The notes below the pieces were generated by a model. It saw nothing but the letters and a program-made list of their open reading frames with translations. It ran no database searches and was not told the origin of the DNA. Below, one piece after another: positions 50,916 to 64,000 of a stretch of DNA of 64,000 nt (position 1 is the first letter of the stretch; every line of letters begins with the position of its first letter). Origin of the DNA: the human T2T-CHM13v2.0 reference genome, Homo sapiens. The translations under genes were made by a program, and so were the position numbers. The stretch lies in assembly GCF_009914755.1 (NCBI RefSeq), contig NC_060927.1, one strand, 5' to 3'.

Positions 50916-52780
50916 GTTGGTCGGTCAATCTGAATGCATATGGGCAGGTTGCCCCCTGGTGGCAGTTCCTAGAAGACAGCTATTCTGTGTCTGAGGATGC
51001 TTTCCTGGGCACTGAGCATTAGCACTTGACATGTAAGGGTTAAGAGAAGAGTGTGCATTCCTGTGCAAAAAAAAAAAAAAAAAAAAAAAATGTGAGTTCA
51101 TTTCAAAACTCTTAGGGAACCACCAACCAAATGACACTTTTCTTTAGTCATGCATGGAACGTTTTGCCAGGAGCAGCACTTTTTCTTCCACCCATTCCTT
51201 GGAGTACATTTTAAAAAGAGAATCTTTTTTGAGCAGCTTTTAAAAATGCACCTGGATTTGCTGGTGAAAACAAATACAACATTTGAACTGAAACCTTTGC
51301 TTGGGGAATGGAAGAGGTCCTACTAAGCCATCTTTTACAAGCAAACAGTCTAGAGCAGTGTAATTTTTCACCAAGTCCAGTGTCTTTGTCATGGTGGTAG
51401 TGTTTTGTCTTTTTTCTGAGCACTGTATTGTCACATGTGTTCCCTTTGCTACAGTAGTCCTCAACACCTGTGCACAAGCTTGTTGTATTCAAGCAAAGTT
51501 TGGAGAAACCACACATTTTATTTAATGTCTTATCTTGGTCATCATAGAATTTGAATCTCTGTTCTTGTCACTATAGCTGCTTACATAATATGTTTTCTGA
51601 GCAACTAACATAAAGTTTTGTTAAGTACTATGTAATTTAAAGCTGAACTCTATCTTATCAAGATTCACTAGACTCAAAGGCAAAAGATACCATTACTTTT
51701 ATTCTTTGTGGTTGCTGGCCATTTGATAGTATAGCAGTTAGAGACTATCTTTAAGACTTTGTATGCTTTGAGGTATCAGTAAGCCTGCAGCATCTGTTAC
51801 AACCAAAGTACCACATAATCAAACGTTAAGTATTGAAGGAAAAGTAGAAAGTAAAATTTGTTTATTTTATTTCATCATGCCCAACCCTCTGCCAAATTTT
51901 GACTTGCAGTGAAAGTCATCCATGCGTGTTTACTATCTGAAGCCAAACCAAAAAGCACAATTCTATTTTAATCCTGATTATAAGTGTTGCCTCCAAGTAC
52001 ATAATTAGGTCATTTCCCCGAGGCAAAGAGGTGGGGTTATTTAACAGCATAAAATAAGACACCATTTTAGAACTATCACCCATGGTGATATATGCTTCCT
52101 AGATTGGACGGGCTTTCATACCAGCCATCAGTAACATAAAAGACATCTAAATACATCCCTTTGGCATCTGGTCCTGGACAGTTCATTACATTAGGTCCAG
52201 TTTTGATTCCACTTCTGTCTTTATGTTAGCTTTACTTTTCAAAATATAAATCTCTGCCTTCAATTTCTATCGGAATATATGTAAACTGACAAGTACAGCT
52301 TTGTGGGATCCTGTGGGGGCCGTACTTACTAAATAGTGTTCAATCAATCATGTCATGCTTGAGATTACTTGAGAATGATTGTTAAGCTGTGGCAGGGACA
52401 ACTTCTGGAAACTTAACAGTGGAGCAGTCCTCATCTGCAAGGAGCAGCCCAGAAAACTTCATGCTTCATTACAAGAGCAAAGTACATCTTTTAAACTAAG
52501 ATAAATGACCATTTTTCATTTTCTCAACTGCCCATCTTAAGGAATAGAATAAATTGTCCTGAGTTTATCTGCCTCTCCCCTACATATTACAGCATCTTTC
52601 TGAAAATACTATCCACTTTTTAGACTCCAAATCATAAGTGCTTTGTTTATCTTAAGCTCTTTTAATCATATAGGCATTTTAAAGCTTAGGTTTTACAGTT
52701 AATTTCTGCTTCTAAACATCTGTGACCTAAAACAAAACAAATAATTAGCTATAGATGCAATGGGTTTTGCACTTTTCCAG

Positions 52781-53000
52781 GCTCGTCCTTTGACACGCTA
52801 CCTGCCTGTCCGGAAGGAAGACTTTGATTTGCGGAGCCATGTAGAGACTGCTGGCCACAATATTGACACCTGTTACCATGTATCAATCACAGAGAAGACC
52901 TGCCGAGGATTCCTCATCAAAATGGGTGGGAAAATTAAAACGTGGAAAAAACGTTGGTTTGTTTTTGATCGGAACAAGCGAACATTCTCTTATTATGCAG
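52781..53000 (+). CDS. PHLDB2: PHLDB2 coding exon, start of PH domain (ARPLTRYLP...KMGGKIKTWKKRWFVFDR...YYA), phase 0-1
   Basis: acttttccAG acceptor; 220 nt; donor CAG|GTGGGT; K-x(n)-K-x-R beta1/beta2 signature typical of phosphoinositide-binding PH domains. Confidence 0.97.
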
Positions 53001-56000
53001 GTGGGTGATAAAAACAATTTAAGCCATATACTCAAATCAAGAACCCCCTGTTAAAGAGCAAAGGCAATTGAAATTCAGTGTAAATAGGTAGGTTGATACA
53101 TAACAGAATTAATGGCAATATTAGATTTGTAGGTGTACATTATTTTATATTTAGATTATATAGTCCATATGATATGAATTTCCTTTCTAGAAATAATAAA
53201 CTTTATATGTTACTTTAAAAAGTGGGAAGTGGTCTATGTTACTTCTGAAGTAAACTCAGGTCCCAATAAATATTAAGTAAAATTTATTCTTTAGATCAAA
53301 ATATTTCCTTTTATTTGTTTTTCTGTTTTAATCCATTCTTTATTTAGGTAACAAATTGTTTATGTTCACTGTATTTTATGAAACATCACAATATCATACT
53401 AGAAATACTATCATTATAGGGTGGGATCAGAAAAAATATTGCCTTTCAAACCACCACACCAGAAAAAAAAGGGGGTGGGGAGAGGTTTGTGATTGATTGA
53501 TTGTCATACGTCCCATTTAAGTCACACACAATGAGGCAGCCGTAGCTGAAAATCATTCAACTATAGTTCATAAACTAGAATGATCTTTTAAGCACAGAGA
53601 GTAAAGCTCATTGGTAAACTAGTGATCAGTACTATTTATTAAGTGACTGAAATATTTTTGGATTCTTAAATGTTGGCTGACAAGAAACATACCCTACCAA
53701 ATCTTATATAAGTGCAGGAATATTAGTGTAACTGGCATACTTATTAAGAACCTCTTATTTCCTCTTGGATCACATACGAAACATGTCTATTTTTAGTACA
53801 AGTATAGCTCTACTTTCTTTGCAGCTGCTAAAAAAGAGTGGTGTCATACCAGATATTATGAAAAAAACCCTGTTTTGGGGTGACTGTCAGTATTTATGAG
53901 CATCACCAGGAATAGTAAAATGTATCGATGCAATAAAATATAAATAACAGTCTAGTCATTTAATCAATCCAGTGAGGTCAGGTTATGTTTATAAGGAGAA
54001 GTGTGAGAAACCAAGCAGCCTGTGGAAGAAAGGAAAGAGTGGCTCAGGAGCCCCAGAATTTGGGTGAGGAGCTGGTAGGGGAATGCCTGCCTTTCACCGA
54101 GGAGCTCTTTGGGTGAGGTTCCAGTTACTGGAGAAATTAGTGGCCTGAAGCCGATGGCCTGCCGGTCCTAGGTCCCCTGCTTTGCCTCTCTAAGGCTTTT
54201 TGTCATTGAGTTTTATAAACATCCAGAGCAGCTTTCTTCAGTTAATACAATTTGATGTCTGCACACTGCATAAACAAAACTGTATGATGTGGTATTGTCT
54301 TCAGAAAACCTCACCCAGAATTTTCCAAAAATACAACTTTAAAGAACTTCACACAAAACTGCTTCACTCTTCTTCTGTGCTCCTGTTCTCTGTGAGCCTT
54401 ATTTCATTCTCTCATCTATCGGCCAGGTGAGTGGTTTCATGACCTGGCCAACTGCTTCAAACCTAAGCTCCAAGCTTCAGACCCATGTAAATGTGTCTTT
54501 GCAAACCAAAACTTCTGGTGACTGATTTCAATTTTAAAAAAATACCAAAAACCTTCTTGGTATATGAAAAATTACCCAGAACCCTAATTTAAAAAAACAG
54601 ACAAAAATTACATTTCATTTGCTTTTTAATATGTATTTATGATATAACTGGCTGGTGAGACCTAGTTGGACAAACGCTGCTCGTTCGGTTCTGTTTACGG
54701 CCATCACCTATCAGCTTTGTCCACTCCTACCCCCACCCCTGCTTCTCATACACAACAAGCACAGGAATAGACCAGTCCGCAGGCAGTCATCCAGATCGCA
54801 ATTTACGCTGTACTTAACCCTACAGGAGTCATGTCCCTTCTGTCTGTCAGTGAGGGAAATGGCCGTGTACTTGTGAAGGAGCTGCAAATGTGAACACTGA
54901 GTGGCAAAGTCCCAGGACTCTGTGTTATTCATGGCCCTGGCCTTTGTCCTTGGCCTCCTGCATATTAACTGGGATCTTTAGGAGAGTCTCTAAAGAAAAC
55001 CGAGGCCTAGAAGATATGTCTGCAAATTGATGGCATAATACTGAGAGAGACAGAATGTGCAGCGTTATCTCATCAATTTACAATAGCATCATTGCTTCTC
55101 TTCGCTCATAATGTGGCTGTGAGGCTTATATTTTTCAGAGTTCTTTCTCATATATGAAGTGCCCTGCAAACCAAAGTTTCCTTCTGCTTGCTTGAAACAC
55201 TGGCAAGATTTGCTTTTATCTCCAGATTTTATTTTACATTTGCTTTCAGAAAACAAAGTATTATTGTATTCTCATGAATTACTGCAATATCATTTCCAGC
55301 AAATGTTTGAGAGATACATTGACCTTGTCTTTCACAGAAACTGACTGAAACTTAACTGAACATGGTATGAGTTAAAACAGTGTTTCACAAGGAAGAGGAA
55401 AAACAAAGAAAAAAATATGGTCAATGGGCAAATAGGTTAGGATATTCTGGATTAAATGCAATTAAATAGTTTTACTCTCTGCTGAACTTTTCAGGGCCAT
55501 TATTTTTTAGACTAGCTTTTTGTAGTTAAAAAGGGACATTCACCTAGTAAAAAATTCAAAATATAACAAAAATTTGTATGATGAAAGTAAGTCTCTTTAT
55601 CATTACAAAAGTTCTGATCTCTCGTTTTTAAGCCTTAAATATTTCAGATTTTCTCTATTCACTTCTATATATGTTTCAGTATGTATATATTTTCTTTTTT
55701 CCTCTTATACATTTGGGACTAAATTATTCATTCTATTCGTACCCTATTTCATATAATAGTATTTCAAGGGTTTTTTCCTTAGGAGCAGATACAGATCTAC
55801 CTCCATCATTTCAGTAACTTTGTAGATTTCATTGTATGACTGGTCTATAATTGAATCAGTCTCCTATTAAAGCTCAAGCAGATCTTTTGCAACCTTGTGC
55901 CACAACAAACACAAATCCATGTACATTTATTTGCACACACACGAGATCTTATACAGTAAGTGGAATTGCCTAGTAAGAGGATTTTTGTGTTTTTAATTGT

Positions 56001-56805
56001 GTTTGTTTTACCTACTGTCTTCCAAAAGAGGCTGTCTTATTTGCACTTCCACTACTAGGGTATGATAGAGTCTCTTTCCCTGCCTCCTCATTCATGCTTT
56101 TAAAATTCTTTAATATGCTGACACGCACTGTGATCCTTGCAGAGTTTAAGTTACAAAATATTTCAAGAACTTAGTAGATCACAGAGTGGTGCTATATGTT
56201 TGAGTCATGTTTTGGTTGTTTTTGTTTTGCTTTGTTTTTATGGTAAATGTGATGAAATCTTTGAAAACAGTTTGGAAATTGTTGCATTGAAAGGACAATA
56301 AATTATTTGCTTGTAGCTCTGTTGAAAACGGGGGAAAAAATCAAGCACCCTGAATAAGAAATTTGATAGGAAATAAATATGGGTAGAAAATTATTTTAAA
56401 TAACAAGTCAAAAAACACTTTGTAAAAATTTTATTACAACAGATCTACATATTAATATTTTCATTACAAAGACGGTCTTGGAAAATGTGGAGAAATCATT
56501 TGTATTGGTGCTGTTAGAGTTTACACTTTCCATGCTAACCTGAAAGTCAGTATGTTGGGTTATCTTTTGACTGCTAATCTGCTGGAGAGCCTTAGGCAAA
56601 GTCATCTCGTTCTTCGGTTTGCAGCTAGTAATTTTATGGCTTTTCTTTTTTTATTTTTCCAGTATAGATAGAAGGGGCCTCATGCACTAGCCCAAGTTCT
56701 CTGAATTAATCTTAGATAAATTAAATACTTTGTAAATATTTTAATGATTATAATTGTAATAAAATTATTATTTTTTCTGTTCCTCAGTGGCGATAAAGTA
56801 TTTAA

Positions 56806-56949
<144 letters not shown>

Positions 56950-57515
56950 TAATTAAGAAGGGAAAAATATTTTTGGAGTCTAAGAAGTTTGAAATTGATG
57001 TTCTGATGTAACAGATAGATATGATCAGAATGGTGCTGGAAAAGTAAACATGAAGTAAGTGGGATGGCCGTTCTTTTTGAGGAAAAAAAATATCATAGCA
57101 AATTGAGGAAATATTCTGGACATAATGGTTTGGGAAACCCTGCGAAACGACTCTGCCAGGGTTCTAAAAAGAAGCTACCATATAGTTAAGAGGGGGATCG
57201 TGAGCAAGTCCTAGTAGGGCTAAGAATAACAGCTACTATTTATTAAACTCCTACTCTCAGCTAGGTACCCTGCTAGAGCTTTACAAACTAGCTGCTGAAA
57301 TAATTTATGAGTTCTGTCTGAGATTTCCTGTTCAGAAAAATGGTCAATCCTGAAAAAGGCTCTGGGACAGGTGTGTGAGTTATAGTAGAGCAAAAGTAAC
57401 GCCTTTGTAAATTTAATAAATTGAAAATTTTGAAGAAGTCATCACATGTCTGTGTTATTTAATGTTGTATTTTAAGATGTTTATTTTACATTCTTTTTCC
57501 TTTTTTGAATTTTAG

Positions 57516-57656
<141 letters not shown>

Positions 57657-59380
57657 TGAACTGAGGCAACAGTCCACTTCAGGGCAGACGGCAATAATCT
57701 CTTACAAGAATGAAGCCATATTCAACCCCAGATGAGAAAACCCAACAGATCCATCCCTTGAGCTGTAAACACTCAGAACTCCTTTCATATCAAGACAAGT
57801 TATTTGTAAAAAATAAAGAAGGGGTTTTAATACAAACCTTCATAATAAATAGCAAAATAATTGAAGCTTCCATGAGAAAGAAAACACTATTTTGATAAAT
57901 TGGATCACTTATAGGAACATTTCTTATAAACTGTTTTTAATCAGTTGTCGGATTTGGTGAAATAAACTAAACAGGTTACAGAATATCTGTATGTACTTGG
58001 AAATACAGAATAACTTTATCACCCACATCATTGGCATTGACATTATTGGTAATCAACTGGCTTTTTTTTAAAAAGGTAGCATTTTGTTGACAGTTATTTT
58101 GTAAACATAAGCAAATAAGGGCTTGGAGGGAAATACATTTTAGGAGGAGTTTTGCCTTAATTTTTTAAGTACTGCACCAAAACCAAAGAGCTGACCTGAC
58201 TTCTGTGGAACAGTAGTAACTGCAAGTGATGAACTGCATTTCGTATTGTTCTGTATATTTCAAAATGGTATTTTGATGCCATCAAATGCCCAGGAAATTG
58301 ACTTTGCAGTGTCACCACTGGTGTAAGCTACTATATATATATATATATATGTAGTAAACCACTTTTTGTAAAAGAAGAAAGAGCAAAAAGCTGTGCGTTT
58401 TAGAAAAAAAAGCCATGTTACACAACAGACATTCTGTCATGTTGAACAATTTTAAATAAAGAGAATATCTGGTGTTAGGAGCTTGTTTTGCTGAAGATTT
58501 CTCCATTCCTGGTGCTGAGAATAAAGGCAACCAGTAGCCAATGTCCTTTAGATTGTCTGATTTCTTTTTGTTGTGGAGCACACCTGCTAACTGCTCCCTC
58601 GACATAACTATGAAATCATAGCTCTGTTTTCACCAAAGAACAGACCAATTAACATACTTATTTGCAGAAGTGGTGTAGTTCTACAAAACGGCAAATGAAG
58701 TTCAACTTAATATTCTCTATAATGTATTATTTTATTTTATTTTTTACAATTAGCCTTTTTTTTAGTTAATTTTTGTCAAATGAAACGACTTCAGGCAAGT
58801 CTCTTTTATAATGGTTTTTCAAGTGCCATTTATTCTAGTTTATCATGTTTTGCATGTTTGAAAGTATGAATGTGCTCTTTCCTAAAACATGGCAAATGAA
58901 TAGATGTAGAGAATAACAATATTACTTACAAGATGAAATGATTAGATTAGAAGTGTCCCTTTATTAAACTTTGTCAGCCTGACTGGGTACAATTCTTTTG
59001 TTAATTTGCAGTGTGGTTTGTATACACATATACGTGTTATCAATAATAAGATTTTGCAACTGGATGACACAAGATTTTACTTGAACAGTGAAGGACAAAA
59101 ATCATGATTGTGGAAGATATTTTTAAAATCTGATTTTGCAGCGATCACTTTTAAACCCTGTAGTGATGTAAGACTAAAATATAATTGCTAAGATTTTGTT
59201 GGTTAATGTAAAGATATGACTTTTCTGCACTGTACTCTCTTCATAGGATTGTAAAGGTGTTCTAATCCAATTGCATGATGTAGTAAGCCTCTTAAATATG
59301 TGTGTTAAATATATTGAGTTTGGATTAAAATGTTGACATGATTTCACATTTGAAAATAAACTCATCTCTCATTTTGAAGT
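57657..59380 (+). other. PHLDB2: PHLDB2 3'UTR (end approximate)
   Basis: AT-rich, no recognisable interspersed repeats; AATAAA at 57812, 57844, 57961, 58455, 58520 and 59355. Confidence 0.75.
59355..59360 (+). terminator. Likely distal polyadenylation signal of PHLDB2
   Basis: Last AATAAA of the repeat-free AT-rich stretch, with TG-rich sequence downstream. Confidence 0.6.
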
Positions 59381-60112
59381 TACCTATCTGTAGTATGATG
59401 GAGGATGAATTAATCGCAAATGACAGTTGTAGAAACTATGTAAAGTTTGTTGTGTGCTAACATTATGATTTGTAGTGTATAAACTGAAGTATTCCAATAG
59501 AAGTATCTCTGGTTACATCCTATTGCTTACAAAATGAAATGAACCCTGAAAAACTCTGACGTCATATTGTTGTCTGTTTACACAGATACATTTATTGCTG
59601 GGGATTGCAAGGAGTGTGTTTACTTATCCTTATCTTACACGAAAAAAAAATCATGTAAATGTGATATAAAGCTTTATTTGGTGGGGCATCTCATTTGTCT
59701 CCCTGAACTAAGGCAGCAGATTTCAGAGAGAGAAGCTTCCCTCAGCAGTTTGTCCCTTTGCCCCCTTTATATATTGATGAAGTCAACATTGACAATAGGT
59801 ACCCAGAGTGGAAACAAATTTGTCTACTTCAAGCTCATCACTGTCCGTAAAAGCATCTGTACTTGCTACTGGCCATAATTTTTTCTAATTTGTTAGACAA
59901 CAAGAGTGAATACAGAAAACAATCCATGGGTTTCTCTGCTTTTCTGTGCAGTGATTTTCCCACTATGACCAGTCAGATTTTTCATCTTACTGCAAGTAAA
60001 ATGCAAGAAGACTTGCAAAAATAAAGGGGAAGAAAAGGGAGAGAAGTGATTGAGAATATTTGCAATTATCCAAAACATGCAGAGAGAAGTGTTTGTTAAG
60101 ATATAAGGGATG

Positions 60113-60469
<357 letters not shown>

Positions 60470-61779
60470 TCAGGCATCACCTTAGTGATTTAGTCCCTTA
60501 GAGTCTACAACAGGTCTAATGGAGAACGGGCAACATAGCTCAGCATCTTTTGGAGTATGTCCTGAAATCAAGTTGCTGTCCTTAACTATATGTCCTTAGT
60601 AGAGAGAGGCATCCCACCTCTCAAGAAAGAGATCTATTCAGTCTTTATTTATCTAACTGTTCCAGACTGTTCCAACAGTCCAGGTTCTCACGACTCCAAA
60701 GACATGCTGGATTCACTATATCCAAACTTTGCCTTTAATTCTGGTACCAATTACTGCCCCCCAAATTTATAACCAGGATAATAAAAGTTACTTTACTATC
60801 TTATATATACTCAAAGTATTACACAAGCCACCATAACTTTTAAATAGGAAACTACTACGTAAAACTCCATGGTTGATGCTTGAGGCCCCCAGGAATTAGT
60901 TTGAAAGGTATTTAGAGCTGGAGTCCGGAAACCCTTGTACTACAATTTATTCAACTATTTTTCTATTGTTAGCCATTCCCATTTTTTTCCTTCTCTTTGC
61001 CTCTAAAAACGGTGTAGTAGACAATATGCAGTCTTAAGAACTAGTGTTGTTTTCTATAGGATAATCACAAATTGGTGCCACTGCGTTAAAAGGCACTGGA
61101 ATGGATGCATATTTTAAAATTGTAATAGATGTGGCCATATTACTTGACAACAAATTTTAGTAATTCACCTTCCTAGAAATCATACATAAGTGCTAGTGTC
61201 TAGCATCCTTGCCAATTATTTTTCTTTTTTGCCAACTGAATGGGGGGAAAAAGGCATTATTTTTTTAATTCCAGTTTTTCATTTAGTGAGTTTGAGCATC
61301 ATGTTTCCTTATATGGGCTGCCTATTTATAGCTGTTGGCCAATTTTATTTGAATTATATTTCTTATTTATAGGAGCAGGCTGAATAGAAGTATTAATGTA
61401 TCTATGCTACAAAATCCATTTTTCTACGCTCTTAACTTGAGGTGTCTTTTGCCATTCAAAAAGTTTAAATTCGTATACAAATATATTTTTTATTTATGAT
61501 GTTGGGGTTTTGAAATCTTGGTTAAGAAAGTCCCTTCTGTCCCCGGATTATATAATATTCTCCTAAAATTTATTTAATCCTCTCAGTTGTATTCTTCCGT
61601 TGAAATCTTTTTTTACTGAAATTTATTTTCGCATATAGCACGAGGAGGGGGCCAAGATAATTCAGTATTTCGTTAATCAGGCATATAGATCTAGGGCGGG
61701 GAATGTCCGATACCATTCCAGGTTATACAGGCGAGATTAATGTCAGATCTTGGGAGCATTTCCAGTACAGGTTAAAACT

Positions 61780-62540
61780 GTCACGCGGTCGGCGGGATTG
61801 CAGGTGATGCAGCAAGCCTGGTGTCCTCGACAGGAGACGTTTCCCATCTAGGACCGTTGAATAGGGTTCCTTTCTGAGCTTCCAGCTCTGTAGTATCTAT
61901 CAGCCCGCTGATAGGGCAGCCTCCCGACGCCACTCAAAACATCTTAAAGGCCCCAAGCCAAACCCCGCTACTAGTAGAACCAACAGTCTAAACCAAAGAG
62001 CCACGACGCTCTGCGCATGTGCGCTCTTCGCAAGCTGAAAATCTTGCGGGGAGCTCTTTAGCAAGTTCCGCCTTCCAGCCTGAAGCGCATGCGCAGCCTC
62101 GGTTCCGTTGCGTAGCGTGCCCCTCAGTGGGACACTGCAGGGTGCGGGGACAACTACGAAGATGGCGGTTGCGCGCTTGGCAGCTGTGGCGGCCTGGGTA
62201 CCTTGTCGGAGCTGGGGCTGGGCAGCCGTCCCCTTCGGTCCCCACCGTGGCCTCAGCGTGCTGCTTGCACGGATACCTCAGCGGGCGCCACGGTGGCTCC
62301 CAGGTCAGTGTCCGAAAGGCGGGAGTAGGATGCGTTCTTTCGAACGCCTCGGGTTCCGTCAGTTACCGTGCCTGTGCAGTGCGTCTTTGGCGCCCGGTTC
62401 AAAAATGCTCCTCCCCCTTTCTCAACACCCCAGTTCTAGGCGCTTTGTAGACTTCTGGTGAAGGCTGTGAGGAGAGCTCTGCCGCGGCCCTGCGGCATTC
62501 TGGGCACCCCGGGCCCTCGCTGGCGTTTTACACTGTGCAG
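61780..62540 (+). promoter_or_regulatory. ABHD10: CpG-rich promoter/island of ABHD10 with NRF1 and YY1 motifs
   Basis: Abrupt CpG enrichment; TGCGCATGTGCG at 62012-62023; GCGCATGCGCA at 62085-62095; AAGATGGCGG at 62159-62168. Confidence 0.85.
62162..62303 (+). CDS. ABHD10: ABHD10 first coding exon; mitochondrial transit peptide (MAVARLAAVAAWVPCRSWGW...APRWLP), phase 1 donor
   Basis: AAGATGG Kozak context; Arg/Ala/Leu-rich peptide without acidic residues; donor CAG|GTCAGT at 62304; sequence recognised as ABHD10 N-terminus. Confidence 0.92.
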
Positions 62541-64000
62541 TTTAAAGAGCTCCTGCTCCTTACCTGCCTCCCCTGCATTAAAGGCCAACACTAGAAAAAA
62601 TTAAAATGTGCGTTTAATGCATTATTATTAGTTACTTCTAGGAATTTGTAGATTGTGACTCCTAAAATGCTTAGACTGACTCTCCTTTGAGTTTAGGGAA
62701 CCTAACAATGCGAGGCATGTTCTTTGTAAAAGTGTAGACGCCCTCATAAGCCTAATTTCTAGTTCTGCTTTCTTGCTGCACCCACTCAGTGAAAGAACCA
62801 TAATCATTATTGCACAAAGGAAACTAGAATTTGGGCTAAAAATCAGAGAACCTCTTATATGTATATATAGTCTTTGAATTAGATCCTTTTATTTTTTGGC
62901 TTTGTGTGTGGTTCACACCATTGCCACGTAGCTGTCAGATGATGCATGGTGCTTGGAGTGGTAATTAATGTCACGGCAGAGATCTTTTGTATGGAGATTT
63001 TTGTATCCAGTTTTTAAACTTTTATAATCAGATTAACTTGCATTTAATTGTGCGCAACCAAAAGGCATGTTACACATGCAAATACTCCTAGTAAAATGTA
63101 GTATGTCAATTCATTAACCAGAGTATAATATTATTTCATCTAGTTAGCATTTATTCATTGAGCACTTATGCACCAGGCTTTGAATTAATCCTTATGTTCA
63201 AAGATGATTTATGAATATAATTATATGAATCTGTCTACTTAGAACTTACATTAAATAAATTATAATCATCTCGGGGAAATTATGTTTTAAGAGGTGATTT
63301 CTGGAAGAGGATAGTAAGAATTTTTTTTAGTGCTCAGCTGAGTAGATGGGAAATGAACATGAGTGGATCAGCATAACTGGTCCTTACCAAAAGTTTTAAA
63401 TTTGGCATATTTCTCTATACTTTGAAACAAGCTTTTATGTAAAAAGGATAACTTTAAGGCCTTCAGTTACATCTTTAAAAAATCAACTTCTTAATTACAA
63501 AATGGGGAAAACTTTAGCAGCACACATGGATTCTCTTCTCAAGACTGAGAAGTTTTCAAAGTGGAGGACGGCTTCATTTAATATAAAAAAAGAAAATGTA
63601 TTAGTCCAAAGACTCTAAGGAAGTACACAAAACTAGTGTCTTTGGAAAGAAGAGGTGGGATTATAAATGACTCTTTTAAAAAAATATCTACTTGTTTCTT
63701 AAGAGCAAGTATAGATTTTATAATGGGGGAAAATTTGAAAAAGATGAAGTAGGATAATCTTATGAAGTTCACCAATTGTACTGTTGTACTTAAATTACAC
63801 TAAAATCTCTGTGTACCATTTACAGAAAGCCAAACCAACAAAACGCAAAGTGATTGCATAGGTCTATAAGAAATCTCTTTCCAAAAACGATACTATCATA
63901 TGTTGTTTTTAAAGAAACTGCTCATTGAACCCACCTCAGCTGACAATAAAATTATGAGTTGTTACCATGGCTCATGATTTCTTGGTTGAGGTAGGCGGAT

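Noticed and set aside
62019-62461. 143-aa overlapping ORF and the TTG-started N-terminal extension of ABHD10
   Set aside because: GC-rich island suppresses stops; both use non-ATG starts probably upstream of or near the TSS, and both run through the donor at 62304.

Overview
Primate (very probably human, chr3q13.2 by gene recognition) genomic DNA, AT-rich and Alu-dense. Most of the window is the 3' half of PHLDB2 (LL5-beta) on the + strand. I traced 15 coding exons by hand from 2141 to the TAG stop at 57654-57656; all are GT-AG, phase-consistent, and encode coiled coils plus the C-terminal PH domain. A ~1.7 kb 3'UTR follows, then the CpG-rich promoter and first coding exon of ABHD10 (ATG 62162). 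The ORF track is mostly noise from introns and Alus. The most interesting signals are exon-like elements absent from the canonical LL5-beta protein as I remember it: (i) a frame-preserving 21-nt microexon at 41368-41388 with a 128-nt AG-free tract and RBFOX/QKI motifs; (ii) a 189-nt in-frame cassette exon at 32793-32981 with a Crk-type SH3 ligand (PPPLPAKK) and a short polyQ; (iii) several candidate poison or alternative-last exons. Also noted: a MER53 hairpin with an intact miR-1302 seed, an antisense MLT2A LTR nested in a MIR, a near-perfect 47-bp direct repeat 3050 bp apart, and inverted Alu pairs around exons. Gene and repeat names come from recall of sequences, not from database searches.
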